Source of the DNA: Nannocystis bainbridge
GTDB taxonomy: Bacteria > Myxococcota_A > Polyangia > Nannocystales > Nannocystaceae
Length of the DNA stretch: 64,000 bases
Assembly (NCBI RefSeq): GCF_028368995.1
Contig: NZ_JAQNDL010000004.1
Location: forward strand, 64,001-128,000
Direction of reading: 5' to 3'
Every line of letters starts with the position of its first letter. Position 1 is the first letter of the stretch. Made by a program: the position numbers and the translations under genes. Shown in pieces: positions 45,326-57,362 of this stretch. Under the pieces are notes generated by a model. That model saw nothing but the letters and a program-made list of their open reading frames with translations, was not told where the DNA came from and searched no databases.

Positions 45326-46048
45326 TCATACCATGCCGCCGTTGATGCCGATCACCTGACCGGTGATGTACGCGGCGGCGTCGCTGGCGAGGAAGGCGAC
45401 CACGGCGGCGACTTCGGGGGCGGTGCCCAGCCGCTGCGCGGGGATCCGCGGCATGACGTGCTCGAGCGGGACGTCCTTGATCATGTCGGTGTCGACGAGG
45501 CCGGGGGCGACGGCGTTGACGGTGACGCCCTTGCGAGCGAGCTCGAGCGCGAGGGATTTTGTCGCGCCGATGACGCCGGCCTTGGCCGCGGCGTAGGCGA
45601 CCTGGCCGCGGTTGCCGAGCTGAGCCGAGACGGAGCTCATGGTGATGATCCGGCCCCATTTGCGCCGCACCATCGGCATGATCACGGGGCGGGTGACGTT
45701 GTAGAAGCCGCCGAGGCTGGTCCGAAGGACAGCCTCCCAGTCGGCCCGCTCGAGCGCGGGGAACGGGGCGTCGCGGGCGATGCCGGCGTTGTTGACGACG
45801 ACCCCGAGCGGGCGCGGGTCGGCCAGGATCGCGGCCATGGCGGCGTCGGCGGCCGCGTCGTCGCCGACGTCGAAGCGGCTCAGCACGGCCTCGCCGCCAG
45901 CGGCGCGGATCCGGGCGGCGACGGCCTCGGCGGCGGCGTCGTCGCTGCGATAGTTGAGGACGATCGGGTGACCGGCGGCGGCGAGGGCCTCCGCGATCGC
46001 GGCGCCGATCCCTCGACTGGCGCCGGTGACGAGCGCGCGCGGCTTCAT
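45326..46048 (-). CDS. fabG: 3-oxoacyl-ACP reductase (FabG-like SDR)
   Basis: TGASRGIG, NNAG and the catalytic YAAAK. Confidence 0.85.
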   Translation of the reverse strand: MKPRALVTGASRGIGAAIAEALAAAGHPIVLNYRSDDAAAEAVAARIRAAGGEAVLSRFDVGDDAAADAAMAAILADPRPLGVVVNNAGIARDAPFPALERADWEAVLRTSLGGFYNVTRPVIMPMVRRKWGRIITMSSVSAQLGNRGQVAYAAAKAGVIGATKSLALELARKGVTVNAVAPGLVDTDMIKDVPLEHVMPRIPAQRLGTAPEVAAVVAFLASDAAAYITGQVIGINGGMV

Positions 46049-46500
46049 GCGGGGCTCCCTGCGGGGGTGGTGACGGTGGTGACGGGGGTGGTGGTCACGA
46101 CGGAGAGGATGGCCTCGGCCAGCGGCTGACCGCGGCGGGTGACGGCGGCCCGGTACTCGGCCATGGCGCCGGCGAACACGCGGGTGGCGACGATCTGCAG
46201 CGGGTCGCCGACGGCCAGGTGTTCGGCGTGCAGCTCGAAGTTGCGGCAGGCGGCGATGAGGCCGACGGCCGGCGGCTGACCGCTGGCGCGGGCGCCGAGG
46301 CCGGCGAAGGCGGCGATCGCCTGGGCCATGTACTCGAGCAGGGCCGAGGCGTGGACGCGGCCGTCGACGAGGAACAGGTTGCCCGGGTGGACGACGGCGG
46401 CGCAGGTGATGCCGTCGTCGTCGGCGGCGACGACCTCGTCGAGCAGCAGCATCGGCGGGCGCTGCGGGACCAGCTCGGCCACCGGCGGGAAGGCGGTCAT
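46045..46500 (-). CDS. hotdog-fold 3-hydroxyacyl-ACP dehydratase (FabZ/ApeP-like)
   Basis: 151 aa, PPMLLLDEVV...HPGNLF hotdog dehydratase pattern. Overlapping start and stop with its neighbours. Confidence 0.65.
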   Translation of the reverse strand: MTAFPPVAELVPQRPPMLLLDEVVAADDDGITCAAVVHPGNLFLVDGRVHASALLEYMAQAIAAFAGLGARASGQPPAVGLIAACRNFELHAEHLAVGDPLQIVATRVFAGAMAEYRAAVTRRGQPLAEAILSVVTTTPVTTVTTPAGSPA

Positions 46501-47297
46501 GCGCCGGCTCCGAGCGCGCACTGCCAGCCGACCGCGAGGTGCGGCTCGAGGGCGACGCGCGCCGCGGCGCCGGCGGCCAGGGCGTCGAGCAGGGCGATCG
46601 CGGGGGCGCACGGGCTGGCGGCCAGGGCGGCCGGGATGACGCGTGGCCCCGGGGACATGTCGCAGGGGCCATGTTCGAGGCGACATGTCCTCGCGGGCAT
46701 GTCGCTCGGGCCAGCCGCGGACAGGGCGAAGGCGGCGGCGAACGGGTCCCAGCGGCGGCCGGCGGCCAGCGGCTCGGGCAGCGGCTCCTCGGCGATCACG
46801 AGCACGACGTCGCCCTCGCCGGCGGCGACCAGGGCGGCGCACTCGAGCAGGCCCATGGCGAGGGTCGAGGGCCCGGCCGAGATGGCGGCGTTGCCGGCCC
46901 GGTTGCCGGTGGCGATCGAGACGTAGCCGGCGGCCGTGTTGTGGACGCTGTTGTGGAATTTGGTCGGCGACAGCGGCTCGCCGGCGACCAGCAGGGCGGC
47001 GAGCAGGTCGAGGGTGGTCCGGATCTCGCCGTAGACGGAGCCGTAGACGAAGGTGGCGGCGGCGCGATCGAGGCCGCCGTCGTGCAGGGCCTGGGCGGCG
47101 ACCTCGGCGGCCATGCGGGTGAGCAGGCTGGTGCGCCGGCGCATCATCGGCGGCAGCAGCTCGGCTCGGGGGGCGGCGTCGGCGGAGGTGACCTGTCCTT
47201 CGGGACAGGCGTCGGGCCGGGCCCTCCAGGCGGCGACGTCGGGGTAGCCGGGCGACCAGAAGCCGAGGCCGCGGACGGAAAAGGCGAGCGCGCTCAT
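46497..47297 (-). CDS. beta-ketoacyl synthase N-terminal-domain protein (chain-length-factor-like)
   Basis: KS-like fold with no active-site Cys context, 266 aa, translationally coupled to the KS gene. Carries an in-frame repeat-encoded segment, DMPARTCRLEHGPCDMSPG. Confidence 0.65.
   Translation of the reverse strand: MSALAFSVRGLGFWSPGYPDVAAWRARPDACPEGQVTSADAAPRAELLPPMMRRRTSLLTRMAAEVAAQALHDGGLDRAAATFVYGSVYGEIRTTLDLLAALLVAGEPLSPTKFHNSVHNTAAGYVSIATGNRAGNAAISAGPSTLAMGLLECAALVAAGEGDVVLVIAEEPLPEPLAAGRRWDPFAAAFALSAAGPSDMPARTCRLEHGPCDMSPGPRVIPAALAASPCAPAIALLDALAAGAAARVALEPHLAVGWQCALGAGA
46652..46706. repeat. GGACATGTCC-family units inside a CDS, in frame
   Basis: gggacatgtcgcaggggccatgttcgaggcgacatgtcctcgcgggcatgtcgc sits within the CLF-like KS gene. 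Confidence 0.7.
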
Positions 47298-48475
47298 GCC
47301 GGGCCCCCGACGAGGACGCTGCAGTTGCTGCCGCCGAACGCGAACGAGTTGCTGAGGGCGGCGCGGGTCGGGACGTCGCGGCGGGCGGTGACGACGTCGA
47401 CGGCGAGGCTGTCGTCGAGCGGGTCGGCGCCGACGCTGGCGGGCAGGTAGCCGCCGGCGATGGCGTCGACGACGAAGGCGACCTCGGTGGCGCCGGCGGC
47501 CCCGAGCATGTGGCCGGTGTAGCCCTTGGTGGCGACCACGGCGGGCGCGCGGGCGCCGGCGAACACGGCCCGGATCGCGGCGCTCTCCATGCTGTCGTTC
47601 TGCTTGGTGCCGGTGCCGTGGGCGTTGACGTGGTCGACGTCGGCGGCGGACAGGCCGGCGTGTTGCAGGGCGCGCTCCATCGCCATGCGGGCGCCGAGGC
47701 CCTCGGGGTGCGGGCTGGTCATGTGGTAGGCGTCGGAGCTCTCGCCGACGCCGAGCAGGCGGGCCGGGCCTTCACCTGTCCTTTCGACCAGGAGCAGGGC
47801 GGCGCCCTCGCCGATGTTGATGCCGGCGCGCTCGCGCGAGAAGGGGCGACATGGCTTCGAGGACAGGACCTCGAGGCCAGCGAAGCCGCGCACGGTGAGG
47901 CGACACAGGCTGTCGACGCCGCCGACGAGCACGGCGTCGCAGAGGTCGGCGGCGAGCAGGCGCTGGGCCGAGGCGAACACCTTGGCGCTCGAGGAGCAGG
48001 CGGTCGAGACGACGTAGGCCGGGCCGCCGAGGCCGCCGCCGAGCACGCGCGCGAGGTGGAGGACGGCGTCGAGGGCGTGCGAGTGCTCGACGTCGTAGTG
48101 GGGCGGGAGGGCGCCGCCGTGGGCGTGAGCGTGGGCGTAAGCGGTCTCGCTGGCCTCGATGCCGCCGGTGCTGGTGCCGAGCACGATGGCGACCCGATGG
48201 GCGCCCCAGCGAGCGCTCGCGCGGGCGAGCGGGGCCTGCAGCTCGGCGAGGGCGACGGCGGCGATGCGCGCCTGGCGAGTGTCGCGGACGACGCCGAGAG
48301 ACGCGGGCAGCGGCGGCAGCGGGGTCGGGATGGCGCCGACGACCGCGTCGAGCTCGAACTCGGCCGGGCACGGGCCGAGGCCGGAGCGACCGGCCCGCAG
48401 GGCGGCGAGCACGGCGGCGGTGCTGTCGCCCATGCCGTTGCAGAGGGCCATGGCGGTGATCGGGAAGGGCTGCAT
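47294..48475 (-). CDS. beta-ketoacyl-ACP synthase (KAS I/II-like)
   Basis: Active-site VVSTACSSS, HGTGT and the Gly-rich C-terminus NSFAFGGSN. Confidence 0.85.
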   Translation of the reverse strand: MQPFPITAMALCNGMGDSTAAVLAALRAGRSGLGPCPAEFELDAVVGAIPTPLPPLPASLGVVRDTRQARIAAVALAELQAPLARASARWGAHRVAIVLGTSTGGIEASETAYAHAHAHGGALPPHYDVEHSHALDAVLHLARVLGGGLGGPAYVVSTACSSSAKVFASAQRLLAADLCDAVLVGGVDSLCRLTVRGFAGLEVLSSKPCRPFSRERAGINIGEGAALLLVERTGEGPARLLGVGESSDAYHMTSPHPEGLGARMAMERALQHAGLSAADVDHVNAHGTGTKQNDSMESAAIRAVFAGARAPAVVATKGYTGHMLGAAGATEVAFVVDAIAGGYLPASVGADPLDDSLAVDVVTARRDVPTRAALSNSFAFGGSNCSVLVGGPA

Positions 48476-48502
48476 GGCGCGGCGAGGCGAAAGGCGCGGC
48501 GG

Positions 48503-49762
48503 TCAGAGGCCGGGGGCCGGGAAGGCGCGCAGGAACTCGCGCACGCGGCCGCGGTGGACGTCGCAGCGAGCGTCGTCGGCCTTCTCGACGGCGAGGGTGA
48601 TGGCGTCGGCGATCAGGTCGGCGACGACGGGCATGTGGTGGGCCTCGATGCCGCGCGAGGTGATGGCGGCGAGGCCGATCCGCAGGCCCGAGGGATCGAA
48701 CGGCTTGCGCGGGTCGAAGGGGATGGCGTTGGCGTTGAGCTCGATGCCGCAGCGGTTGAGCACGCGGGCGACGTGGCGGCCGCCTTGACCGGTGGCGGTG
48801 AGGTCGAGCAGCAGCAGGTGATTGTCGGTGCCGCCGGAGACGAGCGTGTGGCCGCGCGCGATCAGGGCCTCGGCGAGGGCGCGGGCGTTGGCGACGATGT
48901 GGTGGGCGTAGTCGCGGAAGCTCGGCTGCAGCGCCTCGCGGAAGGCGACGGCCTTGGCGGCGGTGGCGTGGCAGTGCGGGCCGCCCTGCAGGCCGGGGAA
49001 CACGGCCTTGTCGATCGCGGCGGCGTGCTCGGCCTTGCTGAGGATCAGGCCGCCGCGCGGGCCCCGGAGGGTCTTGTGCGTGGTGGTGGTGACGACGTCG
49101 GCGTGCGGCACCGGGCTCGGGTGAGCGCCGCCGGCGACGAGGCCGGCGATGTGCGCGATGTCGGCCGCGAGGTAGGCCCCGACCTCGCGCGCGATCGCGG
49201 CGAAGCCGGCGAAGTCGAGCTGGCGCGGGTAGGCGGAGTGACCGACCCAGATGAGCTTGGGCCGGTTGGCCAGCGCGAGGTCGCGGACCTCGTCGAGGTC
49301 GATGCGGTGGTCGTCGCGGCGGACGCCGTACTGGACGGCCTTGTAGTAGATGCCGGTGGCGCTGACCTTCCAGCCGTGGGTGAGGTGACCGCCCGCGGGG
49401 AGGGCGAGACCCATGATGGTGTCGCCGGTCTGGCACAGGGCCAGCAGCGCGGCCAGGTTGGCCGGCGAACCGCTGTACGGCTGGACGTTGGCGTGATCGG
49501 CCCCGAACAGCTCGCGCGCGCGGGCGACGGCGAGCGACTCGATCGGGTCGATGAAGTCCATGCCCTCGTAGTACCGCTTGCCCGGATAACCCTCGGCGTA
49601 CTTGTTGGTGAGGCTGGTGCCGGTGGCCGCGAGCACGGCCTTCGACGCGTAGTTCTCGCTGGCGATGAGGCGCAGGCTGTCGCGCTGACGCGCGTCCTCC
49701 TGCTCGATCAACGCGAAGATCTCGGGGTCGGCGGCGGAGAGCTCGGGATCGCGGGCGTGCAT
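48503..49762 (-). CDS. glyA: serine hydroxymethyltransferase
   Basis: SHMT signature TTTTHKTLRGPRGG. Confidence 0.9.
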   Translation of the reverse strand: MHARDPELSAADPEIFALIEQEDARQRDSLRLIASENYASKAVLAATGTSLTNKYAEGYPGKRYYEGMDFIDPIESLAVARARELFGADHANVQPYSGSPANLAALLALCQTGDTIMGLALPAGGHLTHGWKVSATGIYYKAVQYGVRRDDHRIDLDEVRDLALANRPKLIWVGHSAYPRQLDFAGFAAIAREVGAYLAADIAHIAGLVAGGAHPSPVPHADVVTTTTHKTLRGPRGGLILSKAEHAAAIDKAVFPGLQGGPHCHATAAKAVAFREALQPSFRDYAHHIVANARALAEALIARGHTLVSGGTDNHLLLLDLTATGQGGRHVARVLNRCGIELNANAIPFDPRKPFDPSGLRIGLAAITSRGIEAHHMPVVADLIADAITLAVEKADDARCDVHRGRVREFLRAFPAPGL

Positions 49763-49871
49763 CGACCGAGGTTTTCAGGCCCGGAGGGCCGCGGAGTCAA
49801 GCCTCCCGGCGCGCCGCGTCGGCCGGGGCCGCGACGCGGCGTGGGCCGATCGCCGCGGGCCCGGACGGCGA

Positions 49872-52955
<3,084 letters not shown>

Positions 52956-52967
52956 GGCTGCGTGGTT

Positions 52968-53025
52968 CGAGGACATGTCGCATGAGACATGTTCGATAGA
53001 GCATGTTCAATGGGTCATGGGACAG
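52968..53025. repeat. cluster of GRCATGTYC units
   Basis: gaggacatgtcgcatgagacatgttcgatagagcatgttcaatgggtcatgggacag. Confidence 0.75.
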
Positions 53026-53180
53026 CGCCACGGGCGCCTCGCGCGGGCGATCCTGCGCCGGCGCGCCAGCGCGCGCGCGACGTAACGCGATTGTATGGAC
53101 GCGCGACTGATCCATTCCCCGGTCGAGTTACGCTCAATCGGTGGGGGATCCGGGCGACGAACACCCGGGCGATAGACACC

Positions 53181-53816
53181 ATGCCGACACCGAAGATGAG
53201 GCGAGATCTGGTCCTGAAGACGGGGGTCACCGCGGGTAACGTGGCCCAGCTCGACATCGACATGATCGGGTCGTTCACGACCGCGCTGACCGGGACGACG
53301 ATCAAGTGGGAAGACGAGAGCTCGGGCAACCCCGAGGAGAAGTCCAAGTTCAAGATGGCCTTCCTCAACGTCGGCGGCGCCAACGTCGGCGCGCTCACCG
53401 TCAGGCTGGTCGGCAACCCGTGCCCCGACGTGCCGGCGACGGTGACCAAGACCGCCCGCCAGGCCTGCGACCCGACGGCCACCACCGGCAGCGTGACCCT
53501 GCTCGACCCGGCCGATCACAGCTTCGAGCGCGTATGGCGGCAGGCGGTGAGCAACGCGCGGGTGCAGGTGCTCGACAACGTGGCCAAGATCGACGTCCGC
53601 GTGAAGGCCGAGACCGGCTACACGGTGAACCAGTCGGTCGGGACCGCCACCGACAACCAGCTGATCGTCAACTACGCGTTTGTCGACGCGACCGGGACTT
53701 CGGTGGTGGCGGGTAGCGTCCGGTTCGACACCGTGGCCACCGCCGCCGCGGGCTACACGCTCGGCAACATCCGGATCGTCGACACCGACTCCGGCCAGCC
53801 CACCCGGCGCCGCTAG
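53181..53816 (+). CDS. hypothetical protein
   Basis: Start reassigned to ATG 53181 (MPTPKMRRDLVLK). The upstream ORF part lies in a repeat cluster. No recognised domain. Confidence 0.45.
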   Translation: MPTPKMRRDLVLKTGVTAGNVAQLDIDMIGSFTTALTGTTIKWEDESSGNPEEKSKFKMAFLNVGGANVGALTVRLVGNPCPDVPATVTKTARQACDPTATTGSVTLLDPADHSFERVWRQAVSNARVQVLDNVAKIDVRVKAETGYTVNQSVGTATDNQLIVNYAFVDATGTSVVAGSVRFDTVATAAAGYTLGNIRIVDTDSGQPTRRR

Positions 53817-53969
53817 CGTCGGCGCGGGCGGACCTCGGCGGCTGCGCGATCGGACAGGCTCCGATGCGCGGCCGCGCGAGGGCGCCTGGGCGGCGAGGAC
53901 ACGTGTCCTACCTCGGGGCTCGATCTGCGCCGTCGATCGCGTCGGCCCGCGCGGTGTATCCTTGCCGGG

Positions 53970-55583
53970 ATGATCGCGGGCCCGCCCTTGATTGAGCCAG
54001 CGTCCCCGCGGCTGGTGCCGGTGTGGCGCGAGCTGCTGTGTGACGGCATCACCCCCATCGAGGTCTACGCCCGCTTGCGGGCCTACGCGCGCGGCGGCGG
54101 CTCCGGGCCGCCCGACCTGCCGGGCGTAAGCTTCTTGCTCGAGAGCGCGGGCGGGGCCGGCGAGCGGTGGGCCCGCTACAGCGTGGTCGGCGTCGGCGCG
54201 CGGGCCCACGTGCGCGGGGTGTGGAACGGCTACGACCTCGACGTGACGATCACCCCGGGGCCGGGCTTCTCGCTGCCGCCGGGGGTCGAGGCCAAGAGCC
54301 GCGGGCTGGCCGGCATCGCCGCGCTGCAGCGGGCCTACGAGAGCCCGCCGCGGCCCGATCTGCCGCGCTTCTGGGGCGGGCTCGTCGGCGTGTGGGGCCA
54401 CGACGCGGCGCGGGTGTTCGATCCGATCCCGGCCGTACCTGGCCTTTCGGTCATGTCGAGCGATCTGCCGGCGGTCGAGCTGGTGGCGAGCGACACGCTG
54501 GTGGTGTTCGACAACTTCTCCAACCGCGTGCGCGTGCTGGCGACCGCCTGCGCCGACAGCGAGGGCGGGCCGGAGGCGGCCGAGGCGGCGGCGCGGGCCC
54601 GCGTCGACGCGGTCGCGCGGGCGCTGCACGGGCCGACGGTGCTGGGGCCGCGGCGCGTGCCCGAGGTGGCGGCGCCGGCGACCGAGGTGGCGGCGCCGTG
54701 GTCGCGCGAGAAGTACCGCGCCTCGGTGGCGGAGGCGCGCGAGCACATCATGGCCGGCGACATCTTCCAGGTCGTGCTGTCGCAGCGGTTCGTCAGCCGG
54801 CGCGACGGCATCGACCTGCTCGACGTCTACCGCATGCTGCGGGTCGGCAACCCGGCGCCGTACATGTACCTGTTCGACCTGCCGGCCGCGGCGCTGACGG
54901 GCGCGTCGCCGGAGGTGCTGGTCCGCTGCGACCGCGACGCGCTGGCGCCGGCGGTGACGGGGGCGGCGAGCGGCGAGGTGCCGCCGCAATCGGGCCTGCG
55001 CGTGACCGTGCGGCCGATCGCGGGCACGCGCCGGCGCGGCGCCGACGCGATCGAGGACGAGGCGCTGGCCAGCGAGCTGCTCGCCGATCCGAAGGAGCGC
55101 GCCGAGCACCTGATGTTGGTCGACCTCGGGCGCAACGACCTCGGGCGCGTCAGCGTGGCCGGCAGCGTGCGGGTGTCGGAGTCGTTCTCGATCGAGCGCT
55201 ACAGCCGGGTGATGCACATCGTCAGCGAGGTGCAGGGCGAGCTGCGGCCGGAGCTGACGGCGCTCGACGCCCTGCGCGCGACCTTCCCGGCGGGCACGCT
55301 GAGCGGGGCGCCGAAGATCCGCGCGCTGCAGATCATCGACGCGCTCGAGCCGGCGCCGCGCGGCTGGTACGGCGGCGCGGTGGGCTACCTCGGCTACGAC
55401 GGCGGAGCCGACTTCGCCATCTGCATCCGCTCGCTGGTCGCCGTCGGCGAGGAGTTCCGGGTCCAGGCCGGCGCGGGGGTCGTGTACGACTCGTCGCCCG
55501 AGGGCGAGGACAACGAGTGCCACGTCAAGGCGAGCGCGGTGCTGCGCGCGATCGCGGCGGCGGCCGAAGGAGGTGCAGCGTGA
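53970..55583 (+). CDS. trpE: anthranilate synthase component I
   Basis: Chorismate-binding enzyme motifs (LLESAGG, GAVGYLGYDG). Confidence 0.9.
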   Translation: MIAGPPLIEPASPRLVPVWRELLCDGITPIEVYARLRAYARGGGSGPPDLPGVSFLLESAGGAGERWARYSVVGVGARAHVRGVWNGYDLDVTITPGPGFSLPPGVEAKSRGLAGIAALQRAYESPPRPDLPRFWGGLVGVWGHDAARVFDPIPAVPGLSVMSSDLPAVELVASDTLVVFDNFSNRVRVLATACADSEGGPEAAEAAARARVDAVARALHGPTVLGPRRVPEVAAPATEVAAPWSREKYRASVAEAREHIMAGDIFQVVLSQRFVSRRDGIDLLDVYRMLRVGNPAPYMYLFDLPAAALTGASPEVLVRCDRDALAPAVTGAASGEVPPQSGLRVTVRPIAGTRRRGADAIEDEALASELLADPKERAEHLMLVDLGRNDLGRVSVAGSVRVSESFSIERYSRVMHIVSEVQGELRPELTALDALRATFPAGTLSGAPKIRALQIIDALEPAPRGWYGGAVGYLGYDGGADFAICIRSLVAVGEEFRVQAGAGVVYDSSPEGEDNECHVKASAVLRAIAAAAEGGAA

Positions 55584-56290
55584 GCGCGAGCGACAACACC
55601 GCGGGCCCGGCCGTCGACACCGCCGCCCCGCCGCTGCCGGGCGGCCAGCGCCTGCGCCCCGGCGGCGCGGCGCGGCCCGGCTGCCGCGTGCTGGTGATCG
55701 ACAACTACGACTCGTTCACCTTCAACCTGGTGCAGTACCTGCTGCAGCTGGGGGCGGTGGTCGATGTCCACCGCAACGACGCGGTCCAGCTCGAGCAGGT
55801 GCTGGCCGACGCGCCGAGCCACATCGTCCTGTCCCCGGGGCCAGGTACGCCGGCCGACAGCGGGGTGTGCCAGGACCTGTGCCGCCGGCTGGCCGAGGCA
55901 GACGCGCCGGCGATCCCGGTGCTCGGGGTGTGCCTCGGCCACCAGACGATGTGCGAGGTGCTGGGCGCGCGGGTCGAGCGGGCCGGGCGGATCATGCACG
56001 GCAAGCTGTCGCCGATGCTGCACGACGGCACCGGGGTGTTCGCCGGGCTGCCGTCGCCGTTCATGGCCACGCGCTACCACAGCCTGGTCGCGGTCGAGAG
56101 CACGCTGCCGGCCTGCCTGATCCCGAACGCGCGCACCGACGCCGGCGAGCTGATGGGCGTGCGCCACGCGACGCGGCCGATGCACGGGGTCCAGTTCCAC
56201 CCGGAGTCGGTGCTCAGCGAGCACGGTCACGCGATGCTGCGCACCTTCCTCGAGATACATGTCCCATCGAACATGGCGGTAAAGACATGA
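55580..56290 (+). CDS. trpG: anthranilate synthase component II (glutamine amidotransferase)
   Basis: VIDNYDSFTFNLVQYL, GVCLGHQ and HPES. GTG start in a GTGA overlap with trpE, preceded by GAAGGAGG. Confidence 0.9.
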   Translation: MSASDNTAGPAVDTAAPPLPGGQRLRPGGAARPGCRVLVIDNYDSFTFNLVQYLLQLGAVVDVHRNDAVQLEQVLADAPSHIVLSPGPGTPADSGVCQDLCRRLAEADAPAIPVLGVCLGHQTMCEVLGARVERAGRIMHGKLSPMLHDGTGVFAGLPSPFMATRYHSLVAVESTLPACLIPNARTDAGELMGVRHATRPMHGVQFHPESVLSEHGHAMLRTFLEIHVPSNMAVKT

Positions 56291-57354
56291 CCGAAGGGGC
56301 AGGGGCAGGGGCGCTGCGGCGCGGGCTGGGCCGCCTGACCCGCGGCGAGGCGCTGGACGAGGCCGAGGCGCTGGCGATCTTCCGCGAGATCGTGGCCGGC
56401 GCGGCCGACCCGGCGCAGATCGGCGGGCTGCTGGTCGGACTGGCGATCCGCGGCGAGACGGCGGCGGTGATCGCGGGCGCGGTGCGGGCGATGCGAGAGG
56501 CGGTGGTGCCGGTGCCGCTGCGCGAGGCCGGGGCGATCGACACCTGCGGGACCGGCGGCAGCGGGGTGGCCCGGCGCAACGTGTCGACGGCGGTGGCGAT
56601 CGCGGCGGCGGCGTGCGGGGTCCGGGTGGCCAAGCACGGCAACCGCGGGATCTCGAGCCCGTGCGGCTCGGCGGACGTGCTGGCGGCGCTCGGCGTCGAC
56701 ATCACGGCCCCGCCCGAGCGCGTCGGCCGGTGCGTCGACGAGGTCGGCGTCGGCTTCATGTTCGCGCCGAACCTGCACCCGGCGATGCGCCACGCGGCCG
56801 GCCCGCGCAAGGCGCTCGGGCTGCGCACGCTGTTCAACCTGGTCGGGCCGATGTGCAACCCGGCGGGGGTGCGCCGGCAGGTGATCGGCGTGTTCGACCC
56901 GGGCAAGGTCGAGGCGATGGCGGCGGCCCTGGGCGCCCTCGGCAGCGAGCGGGTGTTCGTGGTCCACGGCCGGTTCGGGGGCGCGGACCGGCCCGGGATC
57001 GACGACCTCAGCCCCGAGGGCCCGAGCACGATCGCCGAGTGGCACCGCGGCGCGCTGCGCACGTACACGCTGCGCCCGGCCGACGCCGGACTGCCGGAGG
57101 TGCCGATCGCGGCGATCGCCGGCGACGACGCGGCCGGCAACGCGAGCGCGCTGCGGGCCCTGCTGGCCGGCGAGCCGGGGGCCTACCACACAAGTGTGCA
57201 GTACAGCGGCGCGCTGGCCCTGCTGGCGGCCGGGGACGACGATATCTCGACGCTGCCGGCCAAGGCGGGGGCGATCGGCGCGGCGCTCGAAGACGGGCGG
57301 GCCGCGGCGGTGCTCGACCGACTCGTCGCCGCCAGCCGCGCTGCGCTACCCTGA
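56287..57354 (+). CDS. trpD: anthranilate phosphoribosyltransferase
   Basis: DTCGTGG and NLVGPMCNPAG. ATGA overlap with trpG. Confidence 0.9.
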   Translation: MTEGAGAGALRRGLGRLTRGEALDEAEALAIFREIVAGAADPAQIGGLLVGLAIRGETAAVIAGAVRAMREAVVPVPLREAGAIDTCGTGGSGVARRNVSTAVAIAAAACGVRVAKHGNRGISSPCGSADVLAALGVDITAPPERVGRCVDEVGVGFMFAPNLHPAMRHAAGPRKALGLRTLFNLVGPMCNPAGVRRQVIGVFDPGKVEAMAAALGALGSERVFVVHGRFGGADRPGIDDLSPEGPSTIAEWHRGALRTYTLRPADAGLPEVPIAAIAGDDAAGNASALRALLAGEPGAYHTSVQYSGALALLAAGDDDISTLPAKAGAIGAALEDGRAAAVLDRLVAASRAALP

Positions 57355-57362
57355 GGCAGGTC

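Noticed and set aside
47770-47885. Motif-like sequences gaaaggacaggtgaagg and cgaggacaggacc inside the KAS gene, considered as repeat insertions.
   Set aside because: The encoded residues (…VERTGEGPARLL…, …EVLSSKPCRPF…) align with conserved KAS regions of normal length. This is a chance resemblance.
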